Positions 1-8,674 of a stretch of DNA of 64,000 nucleotides are shown here, in pieces. A program made the translations under genes and the position numbers. How positions within the stretch are numbered: the first letter of the stretch is position 1; each line of letters begins with the position of its first letter. This DNA is from an uncultured candidate division Zixibacteria bacterium (GTDB taxonomy: Bacteria; Zixibacteria; MSB-5A5; GN15; FEB-12), in the NCBI GenBank assembly GCA_963664195.1, contig OY760907.1, positions 1,280,001 through 1,344,000 of the forward strand. Direction: 5' to 3'. Under the pieces are notes generated by a model. It searched no databases. It was not told where the DNA came from and saw only the letters and a program-made list of their open reading frames with translations.

Positions 1-70
1 CATCAGCGTTCGGCACCAACTCCTCGAACTTGTGATCGCAGCTTATACATTTGTATTCAAAAATCGGCAT
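1..70 (-). CDS. FmdB-family zinc-ribbon protein (5' part; runs off window)
   Basis: Manual translation from ATG 70: MPIFEYKCISCDHKFEELVPNAD, the typical MPxYEYxCxxC..FE start; RBS AGAGG upstream. Confidence 0.85.
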   Translation of the reverse strand, partial: MPIFEYKCISCDHKFEELVPNAD

Positions 71-72
71 CG

Positions 73-312
73 TTACCTCTTTGTATCCGTTTGGGACAAG
101 ACCGCCCCAAATATCGCCCCCATGCCTGTCGTCAGCCACGGGTTACACATGATCTGTCACGTCGAGCCAAAGTGCGAGTACAGCATCGACGCGACAAACC
201 CCACCCCGCCGCCAACAACGGCAGCTATGCCGGCCCGCATCCAACGGTTCTTGATCAGCTGCGGTTTCGGCCGGTCCTCGGGGTCTATCTCTGGCGGTTT
301 CGGGTCAATCAT
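73..312 (-). CDS. Small membrane protein (DUF6132-like) with in-frame TGA, candidate selenoprotein
   Basis: MIDPKP...GIAAVVGGGVGFVASMLYSHFGST-TGA(157-159)-QIMCNPWLTTGMGAIFGAVLSQTDTKR-TAA; fills the gap between the flanking genes exactly (2-nt spacers). Confidence 0.7.
119..142 (-). other. Candidate bacterial SECIS hairpin
   Basis: CCCGUG-G-CUG-ACGA-CAG-G-CAUGGG starting 14 nt after the in-frame UGA. Confidence 0.45.
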
Positions 313-314
313 TT

Positions 315-716
315 CTACACTGCCGCTTCCATAAGGCCTATCAACCGCATCTCGACCTCTTCGGCCAGATCAGACAGTCCCTTGGCCGGGAGCATATCGG
401 TCATTATCGACGGACGTGCCAACCTCACAATCGTTTTGCCGCCTTCGGTGTGCACCGAGTACCGACACGGCATAAACAGCGCCACGTGGTTAGACCGCTG
501 CAAGGCTTCGTGCGCGAATCCCGCGTTGCACACCTCAACAATCTTCAGCGGGCCGCGCTTGAAACCCTTGCCGGCAAGCGTTTCCTGTACGTCGTGGACG
601 GCCAGCACCCGGAAGGAATTAGCCGTCGCCTGTTGCTCAAGAGCAGCCACCACCCCATCAACTGACTTCTTCGATTCCATCTGGTAAGCCAGTTTTTCGA
701 TCATGTGTTCACCCAT
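315..716 (-). CDS. DUF302 domain protein
   Basis: FRVLAVHDVQETL, IVEVCNA, LFMPCRYSV motifs. Confidence 0.85.
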   Translation of the reverse strand: MGEHMIEKLAYQMESKKSVDGVVAALEQQATANSFRVLAVHDVQETLAGKGFKRGPLKIVEVCNAGFAHEALQRSNHVALFMPCRYSVHTEGGKTIVRLARPSIMTDMLPAKGLSDLAEEVEMRLIGLMEAAV

Positions 717-769
717 CGTTTCTTGTCCTCTTTCTCGTTTAGACAGGCAGTACCGCTAAATGATTCACG

Positions 770-1189
770 CTATTCTTCAATTATCTCGTGGCTGGTAACG
801 ACCTTCGTTTCGAGCTGAATCGTCTGGCTAACCACACAGTACTTCGCTTCCGACAACTCAATCGCTTTTGCCAGCTTCTTTTCGTTCAGATTCTTACCCT
901 TTGCGATGAACTTCATCTCTATAGTATGAAACGGTTTGGGGTACTCATCGTTCTGCTCGGCCTTAAGTTCGATCTCCAGCGATGTCAGTTCCTGACGTTG
1001 TTTCTCCAGAATCCGAACAACGTCGATTCCGGCGCATCCTGCCATGCCGTACAGCAGAAGCTCCGTTGGCTTGAACCCTTCCTCGTTGCCGCCCGACGCT
1101 TTGGCCCCATCGGTGATGATTTGGTGTCCAAACGCCGAGGTTCCTTCAAACTTAAGTCCCCCGCCCCAGCTCATTTTCGCTTCAACCAT
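770..1189 (-). CDS. OsmC/YhfA family protein
   Basis: KPTELLLYGMAGCAGIDV and KYCVVS with two conserved Cys; ATG 1189 after AGGAG. Confidence 0.9.
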   Translation of the reverse strand: MVEAKMSWGGGLKFEGTSAFGHQIITDGAKASGGNEEGFKPTELLLYGMAGCAGIDVVRILEKQRQELTSLEIELKAEQNDEYPKPFHTIEMKFIAKGKNLNEKKLAKAIELSEAKYCVVSQTIQLETKVVTSHEIIEE

Positions 1190-1304
1190 AATTCTCCTAA
1201 CAGATATCAAATAATCAACCGATTGTTAGATTCCCGTGAGGAAAGGTACACATTTTGACTCTTCGGCACAATCAAGCGCTCTCTCTTATTTGGTAGTCGC
1301 CTTT

Positions 1305-3479
1305 CTATTTTGCCGTCTCTCCAATTTGATCCAACTCCGCCTCAAACTCTGCAACTGTCCCCACCGGCAGTCGACAGACCGAATTGCGACAGAAAAACGC
1401 CAGCGCTTCACCTTCCCCACCCTTGCGCCCCTCGAACAGCGGCCATGTCTCGTCACCGCTGACGCTCAGCGCTACGAGTTTGTTGGGCAGATACCGGCTG
1501 TTGAGCGCGTCGATCATCTTGCCCCGTTCGCCGCTGTCGCCGACAATCACAATCTCCACCTTGTCAGACAGGTGATAGTCCAGCGCCAGCAGCGCCGAGG
1601 ACATCATGGCTGGCGAGGCCGACATCGTCCCGGAGATCGCACCCAGAGCCTTATTCGCAGCAGCCTCTAGTTCTATGCTTTCAGTCAAACGCTGAAGTTT
1701 CAGCAACCCGGCTATCAAGTACGATCCCGGTGCCGGAAGCGCCCCGTCATTTGGATCATGCGGTCGAATAATCAGATCGTTATGCCCCTCATCCCGAAGA
1801 TACAAATGCCCCTCGCCATCCATAAACAACTTCACGGCGTTCTCAGCCAGCTCGACTGCAAACTCCAGCCAGCGGCTGTTGTCATTCGACGGGTCACTCT
1901 GGTACAACTCAATGAGGCCGTGTACGTAGTAGCCGTAGTCCTCAAGAAACTGTCCGGTCGAATGCCGCCCTTCGCGATAGGAGTGAGTCAGTTTGCCGTC
2001 GCGGAAGAGTTTTGCATGTACGAACTCGGCGTTCTTTCTCGCGGCCTCCAGATACCGTGCATCTCTGGTGACCTGATACCCTTTGCACAGAGCACCCAGG
2101 GCCAGACCGTTCCACGAGGTCAACGTCTTGTCATCGGTGGCAGGACGTACGCGCTCGGCTCGTTTCTCCAACAGCTTGCTCTTTGAAACTTCCAACCATT
2201 CGTCGAAATCATCCTTGCCGGAACTTTCGCGAACGCGAGCCGAGCCTGAGATCGTGTTGAGGATGTTGTGACCCTCGAAATTCCCGCCCTCGGTGACGTT
2301 GTGGTATTTACAGAATAGAACGGCGTCTTCGCCAAGGACGGATTCGATTTCGGCTTTGGACCAAACGTAGAACTTGCCCTCTTCCCCTTCCGAATCCGCA
2401 TCCAACGCCGAGTAAAACCCACCGGTCTGGTGTGTCATCTCTCGAAGAATGAAATCCAGCGTCTCCCGCACAACTCGCCGATACTCCTCATTGCCGGTCA
2501 ATTGGAACGCCTCGGCATACACGGGGACGAGCAGTCCGTTGTCGTACAGCATCTTCTCGAAATGCGGCACCAGCCATCGCTCGTCGACTGAGTACCGTGC
2601 GAACCCGCCGCCAAGGTGATCGTAGATCCCCCCATGTGCCATGCCTTTGAGAGCGGATTGTACCGCCTCGAGAAACTTGAAGTCCCCTGACTCTCGATAG
2701 TACCGGAGAAAGAGCGACAGATCGGTCGCGTGCGGGAATTTCGGGGCATTGCCAAACCCACCGTGGACAGGATCAAAACCCCGCATCAACTGTTTTGCAC
2801 CGCGCGAGGTCAGATCAGGCGTGAGTGCTCCCCGTTCTGACTCAACCACTAGCCGACGGCTTATCTCGGTGGTGATTTTCTCAGCTGATTGCAGGATCTG
2901 ATTTCTGTCCTCGGCGTAGGCGCGGGCTATCTCTGTCACGACTTTGCGAAATCCCGGACGGCCGTAGGCGTCATCGGGTGGGAAGTACGTTCCGGCGAAA
3001 AACGGCTTAAGATCTGGTGTCAGAAATACCGACATCGGCCAACCACCGCCGCCGGTCATCGCGGTCGTAAACGCCATATAGATATGATCGAGATCGGGGC
3101 GCTGCTCACGGTCCACTTTGATCGCGATATAGTCCTGGTTCAATAGCGCCGCGATTTCCTCGTTCTCAAACGACTCACGCTCCATCACGTGACACCAGTG
3201 GCAGGCGGCGTAGCCTATCGACAGGAAGATTGGTTTGTCTTCGGTCTTTGCCTTTTCAAGCGCCACGTCGCCCCAGGGATACCAATCCACAGGATTATGG
3301 GCATGCGAGAGCAGGTAAGGTGAGTTTTCGTTTATCAGATGATTTGTGTGTTTGTGCTCCATCGTTTTGCTTTCCGTTATGTCATCCTCCCCGGCATCGC
3401 TGGGGCCGCACCCGCACAACAGAACGAGTCCGAGTATTCCCAGAGTTCGACCAGCCCGGTGTATTGAGTTGAGAACCAT
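1305..3479 (-). CDS. Thioredoxin-domain/six-hairpin glycosidase-like protein (YyaL/SPATA20, DUF255)
   Basis: [38 protein letters not shown]-terminal lipoprotein-like signal LLCGC. Confidence 0.92.
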   Translation of the reverse strand: MVLNSIHRAGRTLGILGLVLLCGCGPSDAGEDDITESKTMEHKHTNHLINENSPYLLSHAHNPVDWYPWGDVALEKAKTEDKPIFLSIGYAACHWCHVMERESFENEEIAALLNQDYIAIKVDREQRPDLDHIYMAFTTAMTGGGGWPMSVFLTPDLKPFFAGTYFPPDDAYGRPGFRKVVTEIARAYAEDRNQILQSAEKITTEISRRLVVESERGALTPDLTSRGAKQLMRGFDPVHGGFGNAPKFPHATDLSLFLRYYRESGDFKFLEAVQSALKGMAHGGIYDHLGGGFARYSVDERWLVPHFEKMLYDNGLLVPVYAEAFQLTGNEEYRRVVRETLDFILREMTHQTGGFYSALDADSEGEEGKFYVWSKAEIESVLGEDAVLFCKYHNVTEGGNFEGHNILNTISGSARVRESSGKDDFDEWLEVSKSKLLEKRAERVRPATDDKTLTSWNGLALGALCKGYQVTRDARYLEAARKNAEFVHAKLFRDGKLTHSYREGRHSTGQFLEDYGYYVHGLIELYQSDPSNDNSRWLEFAVELAENAVKLFMDGEGHLYLRDEGHNDLIIRPHDPNDGALPAPGSYLIAGLLKLQRLTESIELEAAANKALGAISGTMSASPAMMSSALLALDYHLSDKVEIVIVGDSGERGKMIDALNSRYLPNKLVALSVSGDETWPLFEGRKGGEGEALAFFCRNSVCRLPVGTVAEFEAELDQIGETAK

Positions 3480-3688
3480 ACGTTCTGCCGGCTACGGGTT
3501 TCGTTGTATCCTGTCGACGGGACAGAACCACCCATAGACAGACTTCAGGGGTTGTAACAGAAGAGAAAGTAGATTGTTCGGAGAAAGGACATTTGGGCTG
3601 GGTTGCCACCAATTCAGCGGGTTTCTGCTCCGGTGCGGCACCAAGGCGAAGAAACATCGGCGACTACTCTCATACTTGGGCAGCGATC

Positions 3689-5149
3689 TCAGTCTACATC
3701 TATCGATGTGCCAAAAAAGGCCGACATCCGTAGATTCAAAAACGGAAGCGATTCGAGGTCACTCTCGATATGACCGCGGTTCTTCACCCATTGCATCCCG
3801 GCCGTCAGATCGACAAACGCAAAGTCGGTCAGAAATCCGTTTAACCCCGCTGAAAGCGTTGTCGTCTTCTGCACCGTGCCGGTCGGGAACGGTTCTGCAT
3901 AGTCGCTTGCGCCTTCCGCGGTCCAGGGTGAGGTCCAGTCAGCGTCGATACGGCCTTCCCCCTGACGGTACAGGCTGAAACCTACGCTGCTCTTCAAACG
4001 GTAGTTCCACCAGCGGATCATCGACAGCTTCAGCAGGTCGTAATCGTTACCGAGTGCGCCGCCGATCGGGGTGCCATCGTTGGTGAACCGGTTGCGATCG
4101 TATATCTGGTTGAACGTCCAATTGGTCACGATATTGTATTCCACCCGCACATCCAGATCACGCACCACGTCAGCCGCGTACAGTCCAAGGATTATACCAA
4201 ACTGATCCGGTTCTTGATCACTAGCGGTTTTGTTGTCAAACTGGATATCATCCAGCAACACCTGACCGTAGAAATTGTAACCGAGAATCGGCTTGTACGA
4301 AAAATCCAACCCGACCACCGTGTTATCGTTGGTTCCCACGTTGAGTTGGGTGCTGTGAAAGAATATCAACGGATTGAGATAGTACAAATCAATCTGCCGC
4401 CCAGGACCACCAAATACAACCGTCTCGAAAGCTCCGAGCCGAAGGTTCCTCGCAAGGTGCACGTCCACCCGGTGCGCGGCCACATATCGATTCACGTATT
4501 GACTGACCGTGTCCTCGTCCGGATTAAGTCCGTCGAGCCCCCCCAGCCGATACGACACTGCCAGCCGTCCCCAACGGAACGTGTATCCGAACCCGTCGAG
4601 CTTCTGATTTGGTGCCAGCGTCAGCGAATTGCGGGGTCCCCAAAACGAAGCAAACCGTCCGCCGATCATTTCCAGCTTGCCGAGTTTGTAGGTGACAAAC
4701 GCCTGGTCAACATCGCCGGCCAACCCGCGCCATTTCTTGCCGGTGTAGTCGGGATCTTTAGCTAATTGCTCATCGAGCTTAAATGCCCCGTAAACAAACA
4801 TCCGGTCCACTGGCCGTGCGACTATTCCCCCACGAAGAGTCTCATAGCCTGTTGCCCGGTTATCTTTGCTGCTACGGAAATCTTCTGTTAGGAATCCGAA
4901 AACCTCAAGCTTGTCGTGCGGGATTGCGCGCCAGCGACGGAACGGTCCCAGATTGATATCGGCTGCCTCCATTGAGTACGGACCGAGTTGATAATCGAAA
5001 TAGTCAAACGTCAGGGCCTCGTTGCGCTCCGCCCTTTCATAGATGAAATCGAATTCAGGATGACCAACCGGAAAAACGCCGGCACTGGCAGAAGGGAGAA
5101 AGGCAGACAGGAGGAAAAACAGAACCCGAAACAGATAGCTTTTACGCAT
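3689..5149 (-). CDS. Capsule assembly Wzi-like outer-membrane beta-barrel protein
   Basis: Signal peptide; GRFASFWGP, AAHRVD, YYLNP, YGQVLLDD motifs; located in EPS locus. Confidence 0.7.
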   Translation of the reverse strand: MRKSYLFRVLFFLLSAFLPSASAGVFPVGHPEFDFIYERAERNEALTFDYFDYQLGPYSMEAADINLGPFRRWRAIPHDKLEVFGFLTEDFRSSKDNRATGYETLRGGIVARPVDRMFVYGAFKLDEQLAKDPDYTGKKWRGLAGDVDQAFVTYKLGKLEMIGGRFASFWGPRNSLTLAPNQKLDGFGYTFRWGRLAVSYRLGGLDGLNPDEDTVSQYVNRYVAAHRVDVHLARNLRLGAFETVVFGGPGRQIDLYYLNPLIFFHSTQLNVGTNDNTVVGLDFSYKPILGYNFYGQVLLDDIQFDNKTASDQEPDQFGIILGLYAADVVRDLDVRVEYNIVTNWTFNQIYDRNRFTNDGTPIGGALGNDYDLLKLSMIRWWNYRLKSSVGFSLYRQGEGRIDADWTSPWTAEGASDYAEPFPTGTVQKTTTLSAGLNGFLTDFAFVDLTAGMQWVKNRGHIESDLESLPFLNLRMSAFFGTSIDVD

Positions 5150-5216
5150 AAGCGGCGACCTAATCCATGGCACCGGAGGTTGAATCGATTGAGTGGGGGC
5201 AAGGCCCCCTGTCGTC

Positions 5217-6968
5217 TTACTTCCCCGACCCCTTCATTACCGCCGGAATCGTTTTGGCAAGAATCTTGGCGTCGAGCCAGAGCGACCAGTTGTCAATGTA
5301 CTGCAAGTCGAGCCGCATCCAGTCCTCGAAATCGATCGCATTCCTGCCGTTCACCTGCCAGAGACAGGTCAGGCCGGGTTTCACAGAGAGCTTGCGATGC
5401 TGCCAGGGTTCAAACTTCCTGACCTCGGCCGGCAACGGCGGCCGCGGACCAACCAGCGACATGTTCCCGGCGATCACGTTAAACAACTGCGGGAGTTCAT
5501 CGAGCGAATACTTGCGAAGGAACCGTCCGACATCGGTAACTCTCGGATCGCTGGCTATTTTGAACACCGGGCCGGACATCTCGTTGTGTTCCAGCAACTC
5601 CTTCTTGCGTCCCTCGGCGTCGGAACACATCGTACGGAACTTGTAGAGCATGAACTGCTTGCCGTTCAATCCGGAGCGGACCTGCTTGAACAGGATTGGC
5701 CCCTTGCTGTTGGCTTTGACTACTGCCGCTACCGCTATCATGACAGGCGCAAAAAGAACCAGGCCGAGCAGTGCGCCGATTCGGTCAAGGACAGATTTGC
5801 ACAGCAGCGCGACTCGACCTTCCGGTACAGACCGGTAGATCATGGCCGGCATCCCGTTGATATAGGAGGGCCTTATACGCGCAACTTTTGGATCGTACAC
5901 ACTCGGCATTGCAAAAACACTCACGCCCATTTTTTCGGCGGTCTTCAGCACATCCCACGCTCGCGGGATGTCCAGAGGTTCCACCGCCCAGAACAGGGCA
6001 TCCACCTGGGTATTGGCCACGATCTCTTCCAGGGTGTCGGGATGGCCAATCAGCGGCACATCACGATATCTCCAGAGTCCCTTCTTGCGATAGTCAAGAA
6101 AGCCCAGCAACCGGGTTTCAAGTTCCGGAGATCTGAGCACCATATCCGCTACCTTGCGGGCATGCGCACCGGTACCTACTATTATTGCCTGTTGAGTCGC
6201 CACTTCCGTGTGTCCACCCATTTTGTCGTAGCTCGCCATAGTAGTAATAACAAAACGTGACATACTCATCAAGCATAATTGTAGAATTATACTGCCGAGA
6301 TAGAATATTCCGAGCGTAGACAGCTCAACCGACCAGCTCATAACGAAGCAACTCGCTGCCAGGCCAATACTTATAGCGGTTTCGTCGGTCAGAAGACGGG
6401 GCAGCCGCTTCCAGACCTGACGTTGCTCCAACACCGCTTTCGGTCCCCGGGTATGAAAATACCCCACCCGGAGGATCGCCAGGCCCAGCAGGGCCTCGTA
6501 CATCCAACCACCCGCACAGCCGCTGAGCGTCAGAATCGTCCAGAGTGCAGTCAGTGACAGGATGGCAGCCCCAATCTGTCCAGAGGCAATCAGGGCCAGC
6601 TTCCATACCAAACGTCGCCGAACCGGCTGCCCGGCAGTTGTGTTTTGGTCTTTGGCTAAGAAAGCATCGACATATGTGTTTTCGGAAGCAAATCTCTGCT
6701 CCTGACGACCTGCGAACGTGCCTTCGTCCGGGCAAACGGTAGCCGTTTTCTCCAACCCAGAACCCCCTTCTGATGTACCCCCCCGGACAACTCGCAGGGA
6801 TTGCATCGACCGCGACCCTTGCGATACCTGCCCACCGGCATCAAGCGCTTCGTTTTCGGATGTCTTATTCGTGTTGTGTAGAGTATCGTCCGCAGACCGG
6901 TATGCTTTAGTATCTGTCGGATACGGTCTGTCCTGAACCTGCTTCCGTGCAAGTGCGGTTTGTGACAT
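5217..6968 (-). CDS. Exopolysaccharide polyprenyl glycosylphosphotransferase (WcaJ/CpsE-like priming sugar transferase)
   Basis: TM helices, Rossmann-like IIVGTG, KFRTM, DPRVT, LDELPQLFNV..GNMSLVGPRP, KPGLTCLWQV; start uncertain. Confidence 0.92.
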   Translation of the reverse strand: MSQTALARKQVQDRPYPTDTKAYRSADDTLHNTNKTSENEALDAGGQVSQGSRSMQSLRVVRGGTSEGGSGLEKTATVCPDEGTFAGRQEQRFASENTYVDAFLAKDQNTTAGQPVRRRLVWKLALIASGQIGAAILSLTALWTILTLSGCAGGWMYEALLGLAILRVGYFHTRGPKAVLEQRQVWKRLPRLLTDETAISIGLAASCFVMSWSVELSTLGIFYLGSIILQLCLMSMSRFVITTMASYDKMGGHTEVATQQAIIVGTGAHARKVADMVLRSPELETRLLGFLDYRKKGLWRYRDVPLIGHPDTLEEIVANTQVDALFWAVEPLDIPRAWDVLKTAEKMGVSVFAMPSVYDPKVARIRPSYINGMPAMIYRSVPEGRVALLCKSVLDRIGALLGLVLFAPVMIAVAAVVKANSKGPILFKQVRSGLNGKQFMLYKFRTMCSDAEGRKKELLEHNEMSGPVFKIASDPRVTDVGRFLRKYSLDELPQLFNVIAGNMSLVGPRPPLPAEVRKFEPWQHRKLSVKPGLTCLWQVNGRNAIDFEDWMRLDLQYIDNWSLWLDAKILAKTIPAVMKGSGK

Positions 6969-7073
6969 ACGCAAGATCCTTCTGCGTTTCTCTCTATCTC
7001 TGCCGTCGGCCCTGGCTGCGTCCTTGCTGCATAGGCCGGCTTACAGTAAAAAGTCTGTCTTGTTGCTCTCGAG

Positions 7074-8144
7074 TTACTTGTCCTCGACAGCCATAACTAC
7101 GCTTCTGCCTGCCGTCTCGTGAGCGGTTTTCTTCCGCGATCCCGGACGGTTGAACATGACCGCTCTCCGGTCAATTCCGTCCATGTGGTAGTACTCCTTC
7201 GGCATTCGCGAGAAGGCCGTAAGGAAATTATCGTTAGATAGCGGTGATTGCATGCAGTACTTCACGTAATGCTGCAAGTCTGGGTAACCGTCGAGATTCC
7301 CCAACGCCACGCCATAACGGGCCATGAAATTGCCCACCCGCTGAGGATCTGCCACTCTAAGCAACAGGAAATCAGCCGAGGTCATCCTGTTCTGAACACC
7401 CAACTTGGTCAAGCGCGAGGCCACGCGAAGCGACTCATCCTGTACCATTGCGAGACGCTGAGTGCGAGCATCCTCGCTGGCCAGGGTCAGGTTGATGATG
7501 CGAAGGCGTGTGGCGGTAAACCCGTTCGTTCCCAGCGCGTCGCCAAAAGAGGAGATCAGCCCCGGCGCTCCAACCAAAAATCCGGATTCATCCGCGTCTA
7601 TTCCGAATCCGGCGGTCAATGAACGCAAGACAATCACATTGGCATATCGCTCAAGCATCCCGATACCGGAGATACCGTAAAAATCAAACAGCTTCTCGTC
7701 GAGGATCAGGGCACCGTCCCCCGTCGCTTCGGCCAGACGCTCAATGTCTTTCGTGGAGTAATTCGAACCGGTCACCCAGTTTGGATTGGCCAAATATATG
7801 ACGTCGCTGGACGACGCTAGCATCTCTAACACGTCCTCAACGTGCCCGACAAACGGGGTGATACCAATCACTTCAGAGATCTCCATCTCTGCCCTGTCGG
7901 CGGCAAGCTGGATCTCCGGTGTGGCATGCCCGGCCACTATCAAGCGACCGCCCGGTTCGGAAACGTGTGTGAGGTACGCCGTGATAGTCTCCGTGAAGTC
8001 CGCGAACGGCAAAACCATGGAGGGTTCCACACCGAGATTCTCGGCCAGCGATACGGTCAAACTTTCTACACCCGATCGCGGAACAGTAGTTGAGCCTTTC
8101 ATAGGTGAATCCTTTCGCGTCACGTTAGTTGTCCCGATTTCCAT
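7074..8144 (-). CDS. Degenerate class I/II aminotransferase-fold protein (HisC/CobD-like), probably inactive
   Basis: YLANPNWVTG, LILDE, VLRSLTAGFG (Lys absent), ADFLL; ATG 8144 after GAAGGAGG. Confidence 0.7.
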   Translation of the reverse strand: MEIGTTNVTRKDSPMKGSTTVPRSGVESLTVSLAENLGVEPSMVLPFADFTETITAYLTHVSEPGGRLIVAGHATPEIQLAADRAEMEISEVIGITPFVGHVEDVLEMLASSSDVIYLANPNWVTGSNYSTKDIERLAEATGDGALILDEKLFDFYGISGIGMLERYANVIVLRSLTAGFGIDADESGFLVGAPGLISSFGDALGTNGFTATRLRIINLTLASEDARTQRLAMVQDESLRVASRLTKLGVQNRMTSADFLLLRVADPQRVGNFMARYGVALGNLDGYPDLQHYVKYCMQSPLSNDNFLTAFSRMPKEYYHMDGIDRRAVMFNRPGSRKKTAHETAGRSVVMAVEDK

Positions 8145-8345
8145 GTAATTACAGCCTCCTTCGAGACGGACCGTGTGAACGTCTGCAAACAAACCTCTCC
8201 CCCCTGGTCGCCAGGGTATTGTAGCCTGAGCAATGACACTTGTGTCCTGTTGTGCGGGGGACTCGGGGGGCTTGTTTGCGGTTTCTCACGATACCTGTCT
8301 TCCTTGATTTCGGTCCTGAGGCTTCCCTGCCTCATATTGTGCAAT

Positions 8346-8362
8346 TGCAAGGCCGGTGCCAA
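8346..8362 (-). promoter_or_regulatory. Sigma54 (-24/-12) promoter
   Basis: TTGGCAC-CGGCC-TTGCA matches YTGGCAC-N5-TTGCW. Confidence 0.75.
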
Positions 8363-8512
8363 GTCACACGGTAACCCGCAAACAAATAGCAAACCATTGT
8401 GAGACAATTCGTTAACGTGCGCTTCCGCACGAACGAAAAGGCGCAATTAAGGATAACGCGCTGACTCCGCGGCATTTTTTTCCGCGGATTCTGGAAAATA
8501 CTGCCGATGAAC

Positions 8513-8555
8513 AAAAAAGCGGCCGCCCGATGCCTGTGAGAAGCATCGGGCAGCC
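8513..8555 (-). terminator. Rho-independent terminator after polysaccharide export gene
   Basis: GGCTGCCCGATGC...GCATCGGGCGGCC stem followed by T-run on minus strand. Confidence 0.7.
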
Positions 8556-8674
8556 TTAGGAAGGTGAGAAGAGAGAGATCTTCCTGGAGCTATCACTCCA
8601 CTGTTATTTTTCTACGTGTCACTTCGCACAACCAGACAAATCCGTGAGCCTGTCGAAGAACGCACCCTTCCTCA

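Noticed and set aside
157..159. TGA as evidence for an alternative genetic code (TGA=Trp/Gly)
   Set aside because: Many genes in the window end in TGA and Trp is encoded by TGG; I saw no other interrupted genes
32..687. Plus-strand ORFs 32..334 and 91..687
   Set aside because: Antisense shadows of the minus-strand operon; no recognisable motifs
5193..6260. 355-aa plus-strand ORF (similarly 16647..17615 and 45609..46685)
   Set aside because: Antisense to well-supported genes; typical high-GC shadow ORFs
8457..8470. 14-nt exact match ACGCGCTGACTCCG also found at about 24245
   Set aside because: A single 14-mer match is expected by chance in 64 kb and the contexts are unrelated
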